From Candidatus Pelagibacter ubique HTCC1062 (lineage in GTDB: Bacteria > Pseudomonadota > Alphaproteobacteria > Pelagibacterales > Pelagibacteraceae): a stretch of DNA of 32,000 nt. The notes beneath the pieces are model-generated. The model saw only the letters and a program-made list of their open reading frames with translations, did not search any database and was not told where the DNA came from. Position numbers and translations under genes: made by a program. Each line of letters begins with the position of its first letter. The first letter of the stretch is position 1. The stretch is from NCBI RefSeq assembly GCF_000012345.1, contig NC_007205.1, forward strand, positions 1,170,001 to 1,202,000, read 5' to 3'. Below are positions 18,033 to 27,643 of the stretch, piece after piece.

Positions 18033-18500
18033 ATGTTTAAAAAAAGAGAAAATATAGTTGAAATCGAAGAGGGCAAACTCCTTTCACCAAAATTTGATAA
18101 TGATGGATTAATTCCAGTTATTACAATGTGTTCAAAAACTAAAGATGTTTTGATGCATGGTTACATGAATGTTGAAGCTTTTAAAAAAACCATTGAGACT
18201 AAAGAAGCTCATTATTTTAGTAGATCTAGACAGCAAATTTGGCACAAAGGCAAAACTAGTGGCTTTACTCAAAAAGTAACTGAAATTAGAATTGATGATG
18301 ATCAAGACTCTATTTGGTTAACGGTTGATATTGGAGATGGTTCAAGCTGTCATGTTGGTTATAGATCGTGTTTCTATAGATCAATTCCACTCGGCCCAAT
18401 TGAAAATGGTAGAGAAATTGAAATGAAATTTGAAGAAAAAGAAAAATCTTTTGATCCAGAGGTTGTCTATAAAGGTCAACCTAATCCTACAAAAATTTAA
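18033..18500 (+). CDS. hisI: phosphoribosyl-AMP cyclohydrolase (monofunctional HisI)
   Basis: GLIPVI, SRSRQQIWHKGKTSG, IDDDQD and SSCHVGYRSCFYR motifs. I prefer the ATG at 18033 (MFKKREN) over the track start at 18012. Confidence 0.9.
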   Translation: MFKKRENIVEIEEGKLLSPKFDNDGLIPVITMCSKTKDVLMHGYMNVEAFKKTIETKEAHYFSRSRQQIWHKGKTSGFTQKVTEIRIDDDQDSIWLTVDIGDGSSCHVGYRSCFYRSIPLGPIENGREIEMKFEEKEKSFDPEVVYKGQPNPTKI

Positions 18501-18875
18501 ATGAGTGACAATCAAAAAAATGTTCTAGGTGAAGATCTAGAAGAGTGTTCTAACGATCCTTTAACTGGATGGCATAGAGATGGTTGTTGTAGTACTGATG
18601 AAAATGATCACGGTGTTCATACAGTTTGTGCAAAGGTTACAACAGAATTTTTAGAGTGGTGTAAAGAAGCTGGGAATGATTTAATAACTCCTCATCCTGA
18701 ATTTGGGTTTCCAGGTCTAAAAGCTGGAGATGGTTGGTGTGTATGTGCTAGTTGGTATGCAAGAGCTGCTGATGCTGGAAAACCATGCCCTGTTTATTTA
18801 AAAAGAACACATGAAAAAACTTTAAAGCTTGTTTCAATGGAGGTTTTAAAGAAAAATGCTATTGATTTATCTTAA
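18501..18875 (+). CDS. DUF2237-family Cys-rich protein
   Basis: PLTGWHRDGCC...GVHTVCA...WCVCASWY pattern recalled from the DUF2237 family. The start abuts the hisI stop (TAA ATG). Confidence 0.65.
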   Translation: MSDNQKNVLGEDLEECSNDPLTGWHRDGCCSTDENDHGVHTVCAKVTTEFLEWCKEAGNDLITPHPEFGFPGLKAGDGWCVCASWYARAADAGKPCPVYLKRTHEKTLKLVSMEVLKKNAIDLS

Positions 18876-18880
18876 TTAAT

Positions 18881-19852
18881 TTAATTATCTTTCATTAAAC
18901 TTAAATTATAAATACGTGCAGAAAATTTAGATAAGTTGTTTAGGGTGTTTTTTTGTACGTCTAATATTTTTTTTTGGTAAACTCCTGTTATAGAATAATG
19001 TTTTTTACTATCTATTGTTAAAAATTTTTGTTTTAATAATATATTTAATTTTCTAATAACTGTAGCTCTTGGGATACCTGTAATATCTGAGATAGACATT
19101 GCGTTAACACCTACTTCATCCTTTTGCTCAGCAAAGAAGTACTTTTCTAAGTAAAATTCTTTATTCATTTCACTATTATCATTTTTTTTTGAGTGCAAAG
19201 CGTGATTGACTAAACAAATGCCATGAATATGAAAGGATTCTAGATCGCCATAAACTTTTTTATATCCTAATAACATAGGCATTTGCATTTCATAATAAAG
19301 TTTCCAAACAAATGAAAAATATTCCTTGCTTGTTTCTGTTAAACGTTCACTGCTGAATGGTTCTGATATTATCCCTTCTTCAACACATACATTTGAAAGA
19401 GTTGATAAAAATCTCGTCATTCTTTTTACTGTTTCTTCAGGTTTAATGCTTGGCCAAGTGTTTCTATCAATTATAATCTTTCTATTTACTCTTTTTATTA
19501 CACCGATTTCTTCTAATTCATTAATTTTTCTTCTAGTAGTTTCTTTTGGTATATTAAGTGATTTGGATATCTCTATTACATTTATTGTTTCTATTTCAAC
19601 CTCATTTTGATCAAAATACTCCTCATAATTTAACTTCACAAAATTCTTTGAATAAGCTTCAAATGTGTTCATTAATAAATGCATAATGATCATAAATTTT
19701 TCATAATCATGAAAAGTTCTGTAAACATTATTAACCCAAGCTAATTGTAGTGGTACCCAAACAGGCATTATCGAAACAAAGTTTTTCTCAATTACTTCTC
19801 TTATATTCTTACTCCGAATTTGCTTTGATATTTCAGGTAATAATTTCTTCAT
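18881..19852 (-). CDS. hypothetical transcription regulator with two winged-helix HTH modules (internal duplication)
   Basis: Two similar halves, each ending in an HTH-like segment: ISKSLNIPKETTRRKINELEEIGVIKR and ISDITGIPRATVIRKLNILLKQKFLTI. No specific family recognised. Confidence 0.5.
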   Translation of the reverse strand: MKKLLPEISKQIRSKNIREVIEKNFVSIMPVWVPLQLAWVNNVYRTFHDYEKFMIIMHLLMNTFEAYSKNFVKLNYEEYFDQNEVEIETINVIEISKSLNIPKETTRRKINELEEIGVIKRVNRKIIIDRNTWPSIKPEETVKRMTRFLSTLSNVCVEEGIISEPFSSERLTETSKEYFSFVWKLYYEMQMPMLLGYKKVYGDLESFHIHGICLVNHALHSKKNDNSEMNKEFYLEKYFFAEQKDEVGVNAMSISDITGIPRATVIRKLNILLKQKFLTIDSKKHYSITGVYQKKILDVQKNTLNNLSKFSARIYNLSLMKDN

Positions 19853-19866
19853 AAAATTATATTTCC

Positions 19867-19913
19867 ACCCAAAATGGACATGATTTAAGCAAGAGTCAAC
19901 CCAAAATGAACAT
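19867..19913. repeat. two copies of a 15-nt direct repeat (ACCCAAAATGRACAT), 32-nt period, in a divergent intergenic region
   Basis: 19867-19881 ACCCAAAATGGACAT and 19899-19913 ACCCAAAATGAACAT (14/15 identical). They lie 15-61 nt upstream of the regulator start at 19852. Confidence 0.6.
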
Positions 19914-19956
19914 CTAGTGATTTGTGTTGTTTGTATTTTGATGGTTTATTATCTAC

Positions 19957-20175
19957 ATGAGTGCTGAAAAAATAAGTTCTACAGAGTTAAATGATCTTCC
20001 TCCTTTAGCAACCCCTGAAAAGAGTGAGGAAGTTTCATCAGTAGGTCGAGTTGATATAAATATTCTCTTAAATAGAGCTAGAAAAGAAAAAGAAAAAGAA
20101 AATCTAACAAACCTAGTTTTTGCTGGATTAACGTCTTGCTTAATTATTGTTGCCGGTATTATCTTATCCTTTTAA
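19957..20175 (+). CDS. hypothetical small C-terminally anchored membrane protein
   Basis: 72 aa: acidic/Ser-rich N-terminus, charged RARKEKEKEN segment, single C-terminal TM (LVFAGLTSCLIIVAGIILSF). No family recognised. Confidence 0.4.
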   Translation: MSAEKISSTELNDLPPLATPEKSEEVSSVGRVDINILLNRARKEKEKENLTNLVFAGLTSCLIIVAGIILSF

Positions 20176-21795
20176 CTACATATTTCCATATTTAGGCCCA
20201 CCACTTCCTTCGGGTGTTACCCAAGTAATATTTTGAGAAGGTTCTTTAATATCACAAGTTTTGCAATGAATACAATTTTGAGAATTTATAACAAATTTAT
20301 TTACACCATTTTCATTTTGAACTTCATAAACGCCTGCGGGGCAATATCTTTGAGCAGGTTCATCAAATTTTTCTAAAGTATAATTTATCGGTAAGTTCGG
20401 ATCTTTTAATTGTAAGTGTACAGGTTGATTGTCGGTATGATTTGTTCCTGTTAAATAAACAGAACTTGTTTTATCAAATGTAATCACATTATCTGGTTTA
20501 GGGTAATCAATTTTTGGCATTTCATTTGCTGGTTTTAATGTTTCATGGTCAGCATGCTTATGTCTTAAGGTAAAAGGTAATTTTCCTCTAAATAATATTT
20601 GATCAATTCCTGTAAATATTATTCCAAGAATTAAACCCCAGCTAAAACTTGGTTTAACATTTCGAGCTTGGTAGAGCTCCTCATAAATCCAACTTTTTTT
20701 AAATTTATCCTCATAAATTGATAAATCTTTATTTTCTTTTAAATGTTCGTTTATTGTTTCTGCAGCAATCATTCCACTTTTCATTGCAGTATGTGATCCT
20801 TTAATCTTAGGCATATTCAAAGTTCCCGCATCACAACCAATTAATAAAGCTCCAGGCATAAACATTTTTGGTAAACTCTGAAGTCCACCTTCAATTAAAG
20901 CTCTTGCTCCATATGAAATACGTTTTCCACCTTCAATTATCTTTTTAATTGCAGGGTGAGTTTTAAATCTTTGAAATTCATCAAACGGTGAAAGATGTGG
21001 GTTTTTATAATCAAGACCAATTACATATCCTAAAAAAACTTGTTTGTTTTCTGCATGATACATAAAGCTGCCACCATAAGTATTGTTATCGAGTGGCCAA
21101 CCTGCGGTATGCATAACCATTCCCTCTTCATGATTTTTTTCACTGATTTCCCAAATTTCTTTAAACCCAATTCCATATTGTTGAGGATCTTTACCTTCTG
21201 ATAAATTATATTTTTCTATTAATTGTTTTCCAAGATGTCCTCTACATCCTTCTGCAAACACAGTAACTTTTCCTAACAGTTCTATGCCTGGTTCAAAGCC
21301 ATCTTTTTTATTTCCATTTTTATCGACTCCCATGTCTTGAGTTGCAACTCCCTTAACAGATCCATCTTCATTGTATAAAATTTCACTTGCGGGAAAACCT
21401 GGAAATATTTCAACACCTAAAGCTTCTGCTTGTTCTGCTAGCCATCTACATAGATTTGCTAAACTAATTATGTAATTATTATGATTTTGCTGAACCGATG
21501 GCAGCAGCCATGTTGGCCAGCTTAATGATTTAGATTTTCCTAAAAATAAGAATTTTTCTTTAGAAACCTTAGTTTTTATAGGTGAATTAAGTTCTTTCCA
21601 GTTTGGTAATAACTCATCTAATGCTCTAGTTTCAAAAACATTGCCACTTAAAATATGAGCTCCTATTTCGGATGCTTTTTCTAGTAGGCAAATATTTAAT
21701 TCTGGATCTAATTGTTTGAGTTTAATAGCAGTCGATAGTCCTGATGGGCCACCACCAACAATTACCACGTCATACTCCATTGCTTCTCTAGGCAT
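20176..21795 (-). CDS. electron-transfer flavoprotein:ubiquinone oxidoreductase (ETF-QO)
   Basis: N-terminal FAD fold VVIVGGGPSGLS. C-terminal 4Fe-4S segment CPAGVYE...CIHCKTCDIK...W..PEGGGGP-like. 539 aa. Confidence 0.95.
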   Translation of the reverse strand: MPREAMEYDVVIVGGGPSGLSTAIKLKQLDPELNICLLEKASEIGAHILSGNVFETRALDELLPNWKELNSPIKTKVSKEKFLFLGKSKSLSWPTWLLPSVQQNHNNYIISLANLCRWLAEQAEALGVEIFPGFPASEILYNEDGSVKGVATQDMGVDKNGNKKDGFEPGIELLGKVTVFAEGCRGHLGKQLIEKYNLSEGKDPQQYGIGFKEIWEISEKNHEEGMVMHTAGWPLDNNTYGGSFMYHAENKQVFLGYVIGLDYKNPHLSPFDEFQRFKTHPAIKKIIEGGKRISYGARALIEGGLQSLPKMFMPGALLIGCDAGTLNMPKIKGSHTAMKSGMIAAETINEHLKENKDLSIYEDKFKKSWIYEELYQARNVKPSFSWGLILGIIFTGIDQILFRGKLPFTLRHKHADHETLKPANEMPKIDYPKPDNVITFDKTSSVYLTGTNHTDNQPVHLQLKDPNLPINYTLEKFDEPAQRYCPAGVYEVQNENGVNKFVINSQNCIHCKTCDIKEPSQNITWVTPEGSGGPKYGNM

Positions 21796-21818
21796 ATGGT
21801 AATTTTTTATATTATTTG

Positions 21819-22772
21819 TTATTTTTGTATAGTGTTTAATTTATTCAATTCTTCTAGGAATTGAGGAAGGGCTTCAAACAAATCAGCTTCTAAACCGTAA
21901 TCAGCAACACTAAAAATAGGTGCCTCTCCATCTTTGTTTATTGCGACAATAATTTTACTTTCTTTCATACCAGCTAAATGTTGAATTGCTCCAGAAATAC
22001 CAACTGCAATATATAGATCTGGCACTACAACTTTACCCGTTTGACCAACTTGATGTTCGTTACTTATGTAACCTGCATCAACAGCTGCACGCGAAGCTCC
22101 TATTGCAGCATTTAATTTATCTGCAATATCAGTAATTAATTTAAAATTGTCACCATTTTGCATACCTCTTCCACCTGAGATCACAATTCTTGCAGTTCCA
22201 AGTTCTGGTCTATCTGATTTAACTTCTTCTCTTTTAATAAATTTAGATAACGTAAACTCTTTTACCGAATCCATTTTTTCAATGGGTGCTGATCCACCTG
22301 AAGTTTCACAAGGTTCAAATGAAGTTGGTCTAATAGTTACACATTTTTTTGCATCAGTGCTTTTTACAGTTGCAAATGCATTTCCCGCATAAATAGGTCT
22401 GATAAATGTATCTGGAGATACCACTTTGATTATGTCACTAACTTGTGATGTGTCCATTAAAGCTGCTATTCTTGGCATTAAGTTTTTACCAAATGTATTA
22501 GCCGAACTAATTACATGGGAATAATTTTCAGAAACTTTAACAATCAATGGTGCAAAATTTTCCGGTAGAAAATTTTCGTAATGAGTGGCTTCAACTTGTA
22601 TTACTTTTTTAACCAAGGGTATTTCAGATAAAACTTTTGCAACATCAGAGCAATTGTTTCCTATTAGTAATGCATGAACATCGCCATCAATTTGAGAGGC
22701 AGCTGTAATAGCGTTAAGAGTAAATGGTCTTAATTCTTTATTGTTATGTTCAACAATTAATAAAATTGACAT
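21819..22772 (-). CDS. etfA: electron transfer flavoprotein alpha subunit
   Basis: PDLYIAVGISGAIQHLAGM signature and overall ETF-alpha layout. 1-nt overlap with etfB. Confidence 0.95.
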   Translation of the reverse strand: MSILLIVEHNNKELRPFTLNAITAASQIDGDVHALLIGNNCSDVAKVLSEIPLVKKVIQVEATHYENFLPENFAPLIVKVSENYSHVISSANTFGKNLMPRIAALMDTSQVSDIIKVVSPDTFIRPIYAGNAFATVKSTDAKKCVTIRPTSFEPCETSGGSAPIEKMDSVKEFTLSKFIKREEVKSDRPELGTARIVISGGRGMQNGDNFKLITDIADKLNAAIGASRAAVDAGYISNEHQVGQTGKVVVPDLYIAVGISGAIQHLAGMKESKIIVAINKDGEAPIFSVADYGLEADLFEALPQFLEELNKLNTIQK

Positions 22773-23521
22773 TATATAACTTTCGCCTCATTTTTAAGCT
22801 TTTGCACAAGTTCAGCTACACTTGATACTTTAATTCCAGCTTTTCTTTTTGGTGGCTCTTCAACTTTAATTTGTTGAACTCTTGGTGTTGCATCAACACC
22901 TAAATCTGCAGCTGTCATTTGATCTATTGGTTTCTTCTTAGCTTTCATAATATTTGGTAGAGATGCATAACGCGGTTCATTTAATCTTAAATCACAAGTA
23001 ACTACCGCTGGAACGTTAACTTTAATAGTTTCTAAGCCTTCATCAATTTCTCTAATTATTTCTAATTTATTGTCTTTAATGTCAATTTTTGATGCAAAAG
23101 TTGCTTGAGGCCAGTTCAATAAAGCACTCAACATTTGTCCTGTTTGGTTGCAATCATCATCAATTGCTTGTTTACCCATAAATACTAGATCAGGTTTTTC
23201 TTTATCAACAATTTTTTGTAATATTTTAGCTACTGCTAAGGGTTCGACTACGCCATCTACTTTAACATGAATTCCTCGATCAGCACCAACAGCTAATGCT
23301 TTTCTAACTGTTTCTTGTGCTTTTTCTTCACCAATAGTAACCGCAACTATTTCAGTTGCTTTACCTGCTTCTTTAATTTTTACAGCCTCTTCAATTGCAT
23401 TATCATCAGGTGGGTTGGTTGACATCTTAACATTATCCGTAACAATTCCTGTGCCATCTTCTTTAACTCTGATTTGAACATTGTAATCAATAACTCTTTT
23501 TACAGCGACTAATATTTTCAT
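22772..23521 (-). CDS. etfB: electron transfer flavoprotein beta subunit
   Basis: Canonical N-terminus [19 protein letters not shown] and [25 protein letters not shown]. Confidence 0.95.
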   Translation of the reverse strand: MKILVAVKRVIDYNVQIRVKEDGTGIVTDNVKMSTNPPDDNAIEEAVKIKEAGKATEIVAVTIGEEKAQETVRKALAVGADRGIHVKVDGVVEPLAVAKILQKIVDKEKPDLVFMGKQAIDDDCNQTGQMLSALLNWPQATFASKIDIKDNKLEIIREIDEGLETIKVNVPAVVTCDLRLNEPRYASLPNIMKAKKKPIDQMTAADLGVDATPRVQQIKVEEPPKRKAGIKVSSVAELVQKLKNEAKVI

Positions 23522-25953
23522 TATGCTCTTAATAAGTTGTTTTCAGGATCATATGGGCTTTCTTCTAAAATTGTACAATCGTACATTTTACCAAGAATAT
23601 CAATTTTCAATTTTTGCCCTGGTGTCGCAATCTCTGGTTTGACCATTCCTAATGCGATTGATTTTCCAAGTCTAAATCCAAAATCTCCACCAGTTGCACG
23701 TCCTATAACTTTTTCATTATCATAAATTGGATTATTCCCTAAAACATCTGCATCCTCTATATTGTGAACTTCCAAGGTAACCAATTGATTTGAAAATCCT
23801 TTTTCTCTCCATTTATTCAAAGCATCCAATCCTATAAAATTTCCTTTGTTGGGATGAACAAATCTATCTAACCCAGATTCGTAAGGTGAATATTCAATTG
23901 ATAATTCTGTGCCAACAAGTTTATAAGATTTTTCAAGTCTCAAACTATTCATTGCTCTAATTCCATAAGGCTTAAGACCTAAATCTTTTCCAGCTTCCAT
24001 TAATCTATCAAAGATGTGATTTTGATATTCAATTGGATGATGCAATTCCCAGCCAAGCTCACCTACAAAGTTTACTCTCATAGCGTTAACTGGTGCATTA
24101 CCAACATCAATATTTTTTGCACTCAACCATTTAAAATTTTCATTTGAAAAATCATCTCTTGAAACTCTTTTCATTAGTTCTCTAGCTTTAGGACCAGATA
24201 CAACTAGAACTCCCATACTGTTTGTTAAATTTTCAAATTGAACACTACCATCAGTTGGCATCCACTTTTGAATCCAGTCATGATCTAATCTTTGGTTTGC
24301 TCCTGCAGAAACTAAATAGTAACTTCCATCAGCTTCTTTCATGATTGTAAATTCAGAGTGCACTCCACCCTTAGTATTAAGTGCATGACATAATCCAATT
24401 CTTCCAATTTTTTTAGGAAGTTTGTTTGCAACTAAATAATCTAAAAACTCTTCAGCACCAGGTCCTTTAATTCTACATTTAGCAAATGCCGTCATATCTA
24501 AAAGACCAACATTCTCTTTTACATTTTTGCATTCTTGCTCAATTGCTTTAAACCATTTTGATCTTCTAAATGACCAATCATCTTTTTGCTCCATCCCATC
24601 GATTGCGAAGAAGTTAGGTCTTTCCCAACCAAATTTTTGACCAAATACTGCACCTAATGCTTTCATTCTGTCATAACAAGGTGATGTTCTTAATTCTCTA
24701 GCAGCCTCTCTTTCTTCATCTGGGTAGTGAACTTTAAATACATGATTGTAAGCTTCTTCATTTTTTTCTTTTAAATAAGATTTTGTTGCATAATCACCAA
24801 ACCTTCTTGGTTCAACTCCAAGCATATCTATTGTTGGCTCACCATCAATTATCCATTCTGCAAGTTGCCAACCCGCTCCTCCTGCTGCAGTTATTCCAAA
24901 ACTGTGTCCTTCATTAATCCAAAAATTTTTCAATCCCCATGCAGGTCCAACAATTGGGTTTCCATCTGGTGTATAACAAATTGCACCATTATAAACTTTC
25001 TTAACTCCAACTTCTCCAAAAGCTGGTACACGATGAATAGCTCCTTCTATATGCGGTGCTAATCTATCTAAATCTTCTTGAAATAGTTCATACTCTGAAT
25101 CTTTTGATGGCCCATCAACATAACAAGCTGGCGCACCATCTTCGTATGGTCCTAATATTAATCCACCTGCTTCTTCTCTCATATACCATCTGCTGTCGCT
25201 ATCTCTTAAAACTCCCATTTCAGGTAAGCCATCTTTTTTTCTTTTTACGATATCTGGATGAGGTTCTGTTACAATATATTGGTGTTCAACTGGTATTACT
25301 GGAATATCTAATCCAACCATTTTTCCAGTTTGTCTAGCAAAGTTTCCAGAACAAGAAATTACATGTTCGCATTCAATAGCACCTTTATCTGTTTCAACAA
25401 TCCAGCCATCTTTAGTTTGTTTCATTCCAACTACAGCTGTGTTTCTATAAATCTCTGCACCTAAATTTCTAGCACCTGTTGCCATTGCTTGTGTTAAGTC
25501 AGCTGGCTGAATGTATCCATCTTCAGGGTGTTGGATTGCTCCAAGTAAATCTTCTGTACGGCACAATGGCCAAATTTCTTTTACTTGATCTGGTGTTAAA
25601 AATTTTACATCCACACCAATTGTTTGAGCAACACCTGCATATTGATGATACTCATCCATTCTATCTTTAGTGCTTGCTAAACGAATATTTGATACGACAC
25701 TAAAACCAACATTTTGTCCTGTCTCTTCTTCTAATTTTTTATAAAGATCCACTGCATACTTATGAAGCTGTCCAACCGAATAACTCATATTAAATAATGG
25801 AAGTAGACCTGCTGCATGCCAAGTAGATCCAGATGTTAATTCTTTTCTCTCAATTAAAACAACATCAGACCAGCCTTTTTTTGCTAAGTGATAAAGAGCA
25901 CTAACTCCTACTACACCACCACCAACTACAACAACTTTAGCTTTAGATTTCAT
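23521..25953 (-). CDS. dimethylglycine/sarcosine dehydrogenase-family flavoprotein (FAD oxidase domain + GcvT-like folate-binding domain)
   Basis: [10 protein letters not shown] dinucleotide fold. [11 protein letters not shown] matches the covalent-FAD histidine motif of DMGDH/SARDH. C-terminal aminomethyltransferase-like domain of about 400 aa. I prefer the ATG at 25953 over the GTG at 25959. Confidence 0.85.
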   Translation of the reverse strand: MKSKAKVVVVGGGVVGVSALYHLAKKGWSDVVLIERKELTSGSTWHAAGLLPLFNMSYSVGQLHKYAVDLYKKLEEETGQNVGFSVVSNIRLASTKDRMDEYHQYAGVAQTIGVDVKFLTPDQVKEIWPLCRTEDLLGAIQHPEDGYIQPADLTQAMATGARNLGAEIYRNTAVVGMKQTKDGWIVETDKGAIECEHVISCSGNFARQTGKMVGLDIPVIPVEHQYIVTEPHPDIVKRKKDGLPEMGVLRDSDSRWYMREEAGGLILGPYEDGAPACYVDGPSKDSEYELFQEDLDRLAPHIEGAIHRVPAFGEVGVKKVYNGAICYTPDGNPIVGPAWGLKNFWINEGHSFGITAAGGAGWQLAEWIIDGEPTIDMLGVEPRRFGDYATKSYLKEKNEEAYNHVFKVHYPDEEREAARELRTSPCYDRMKALGAVFGQKFGWERPNFFAIDGMEQKDDWSFRRSKWFKAIEQECKNVKENVGLLDMTAFAKCRIKGPGAEEFLDYLVANKLPKKIGRIGLCHALNTKGGVHSEFTIMKEADGSYYLVSAGANQRLDHDWIQKWMPTDGSVQFENLTNSMGVLVVSGPKARELMKRVSRDDFSNENFKWLSAKNIDVGNAPVNAMRVNFVGELGWELHHPIEYQNHIFDRLMEAGKDLGLKPYGIRAMNSLRLEKSYKLVGTELSIEYSPYESGLDRFVHPNKGNFIGLDALNKWREKGFSNQLVTLEVHNIEDADVLGNNPIYDNEKVIGRATGGDFGFRLGKSIALGMVKPEIATPGQKLKIDILGKMYDCTILEESPYDPENNLLRA

Positions 25954-26012
25954 TAACACGATTCCTACTAAATTTTCATTACGAACGAAACAAAATTCGT
26001 TTACCCTCTAAA

Positions 26013-26513
26013 TTAAATTGAAGATCCTAGGGGCATTGGAGCGGACACCATTGTGGTCAACCAGCAGTCTTTGAAGGGACCATCTATTTTATACTTTTCA
26101 ACCTGCCATTTAAATTTGTAATAGGATTTGTCTTTTCCAAGAACACTAACTTCAAACAAGGCTACTGAATTGTTAAGGTTTTCTTGAACAATTTCATGAT
26201 CTAAATGATCTAATAATATTTTATATGACTTGCCCTTCAGCATGGTCTTAAATCTATCTAAAGGTCCTGTGCTTTTTCTATTACTAGGATGAGCAAATTC
26301 CCAGGTTTGTTCAATGCCATTATCTATAGTGGGAGAGTTGTTTTTTTGTAAACTTTTCAACTGAATTTCCACAACCTGGTATGGCTCAATATTACTATTA
26401 GGCTTTATTAATTCTGCTTGTGAAATTGTAAGACTTAGAAAGTAAATTAATAAGGTTTTATATATTATTTGCTGTCTTTTTAACGTCCTCAAGAAATTCT
26501 TTTCGTTTTTCAT
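26013..26513 (-). CDS. secreted hypothetical protein, DUF4864-like
   Basis: Signal-like N-terminus (LLIYFLSLTISQA). The pattern VVEIQLKSL...WEFAHPSNR...GPLDRFKTML resembles the DUF4864 family as I recall it. Confidence 0.4.
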   Translation of the reverse strand: MKNEKNFLRTLKRQQIIYKTLLIYFLSLTISQAELIKPNSNIEPYQVVEIQLKSLQKNNSPTIDNGIEQTWEFAHPSNRKSTGPLDRFKTMLKGKSYKILLDHLDHEIVQENLNNSVALFEVSVLGKDKSYYKFKWQVEKYKIDGPFKDCWLTTMVSAPMPLGSSI

Positions 26514-27027
26514 CTGTTACAAACGGTACTGCAAAATATCTTCTGTATACAATATTATAAATGCCACACATATGAAACACACCTCTTTTTAGCCTTCTAA
26601 TAGGTAAATTTAAAAAAAATGTTGTAACCGCTAACCTTGGGGATCCATAGGTACAAAAGATTATAGCTTTTTTATCTTTTAAGTTTCCCATTGGATAACC
26701 ATAATTTCCAACTAATTTTTTAAATGTGTAAGCCCATGGGGGTGACAAAACTTTATCTATCCAGCCTTCTACAATAGCTGGCATTCTAAAGTTCCAAATA
26801 GGTGCAATTAGAACAATAATATCACATTTCTCAATACGTCTTCTATGATCTAGAACGTCTTCTCCAGCTTGTTCACCTGCAAAAACTGGATTGAATTTAT
26901 CTTTATATAAATCTACACAATCAACTGTATTACCGTTTTTTTCTGCTGTTTTAATAAATGTATCTCTAATAGCTGCATTAAAAGACTTTTCATTATAGTG
27001 CCCGTATAAAAGAAATATTTTTTTCAT
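26458..27027 (-). CDS. flavodoxin-like-fold NAD(P)H dehydrogenase (quinone)/FMN reductase family protein
   Basis: MKKIFLLYGHYNEKSFNAAI...DLYKDKFNPVF...IWNFRMPAIVEGWIDKV matches the Flavodoxin_2 (NQO/KefF-like) pattern. Confidence 0.7.
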   Translation of the reverse strand: MKKIFLLYGHYNEKSFNAAIRDTFIKTAEKNGNTVDCVDLYKDKFNPVFAGEQAGEDVLDHRRRIEKCDIIVLIAPIWNFRMPAIVEGWIDKVLSPPWAYTFKKLVGNYGYPMGNLKDKKAIIFCTYGSPRLAVTTFFLNLPIRRLKRGVFHMCGIYNIVYRRYFAVPFVTDEKRKEFLEDVKKTANNI

Positions 27028-27065
27028 TACATTAAGGGTGTATAGACTAGAAAAATTAAAAATCT

Positions 27066-27263
27066 ATGAAAAATTTTTACGTAGTTGCTGGTATTCATAA
27101 AGATCCAAATAAAATTGAAACTATCATTAAAGATACAGAAAAAAAATTTGGACCTTTTGAGGAGATTGAAGCTAATAATTTAGCTAAGAGTTTAATTCAA
27201 AAAAATATAGATGATTTTTATCATCGTGCTTGGATTGTTAAATCTAATAATTTAACCAAATAA
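27066..27263 (+). CDS. small hypothetical protein, DUF4170-like
   Basis: 65 aa. The pattern YVVAGI...GPFEE...A......[12 protein letters not shown] resembles the alphaproteobacterial DUF4170 family as I recall it. Confidence 0.4.
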   Translation: MKNFYVVAGIHKDPNKIETIIKDTEKKFGPFEEIEANNLAKSLIQKNIDDFYHRAWIVKSNNLTK

Positions 27264-27643
27264 AACCCAACAAACATAAAAATTACAAAGCTTACAGAAT
27301 TTAAATTTAATAAAGCCAGTGAGGCTATTGCAGGTCCTGGACATAATCCAGCTAAGCCCCAGCCTGCACCAAAAAGTGATGAACCTATAATTAATTTCTT
27401 ATTTAGTTCTTTATTATTTGAATAAGAAAATTTATCAGCAAAAATTGGTTTCTTATTATTTTTAAATAAATGAAAAAATGGTGAGGATATTATTAAAGCT
27501 CCAATCATAACAAATGCTAATGATGGGTCCCATTCTCCAAAAATATTTAAAAAACCTAAGACTTTAGCGGGATCTATCATCTGTGAAACAGTAAGACCTA
27601 TTCCAAAAATTATTCCACAAATTAAAGATATAATCTTATTCAT
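27221..27643 (-). CDS. YeeE/YedE-family sulfur-compound transport protein, second half-channel
   Basis: 140 aa, 4 [17 protein letters not shown] conserved-Cys motif. ATGA overlap with the preceding half. Confidence 0.75.
   Translation of the reverse strand: MNKIISLICGIIFGIGLTVSQMIDPAKVLGFLNIFGEWDPSLAFVMIGALIISSPFFHLFKNNKKPIFADKFSYSNNKELNKKLIIGSSLFGAGWGLAGLCPGPAIASLALLNLNSVSFVIFMFVGFYLVKLLDLTIQAR

Noticed and set aside
25954-25959. GTG start at 25959 given by the ORF track for the DMGDH-type gene.
   Set aside because: The ATG two codons downstream (25953) gives [13 protein letters not shown], the usual distance to the FAD-binding fold. The GTG extension adds nothing and is less likely. This is a minor coordinate issue only.
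25985-26005. Short inverted repeat AACGAA-ACAAAA-TTCGTT between the DUF4864-like gene and the DMGDH-type gene; considered as a terminator or attenuator. Coordinates are approximate.
   Set aside because: The stem is only 6 bp, with no T-tract on the transcribed strand. The stability is too marginal to call.
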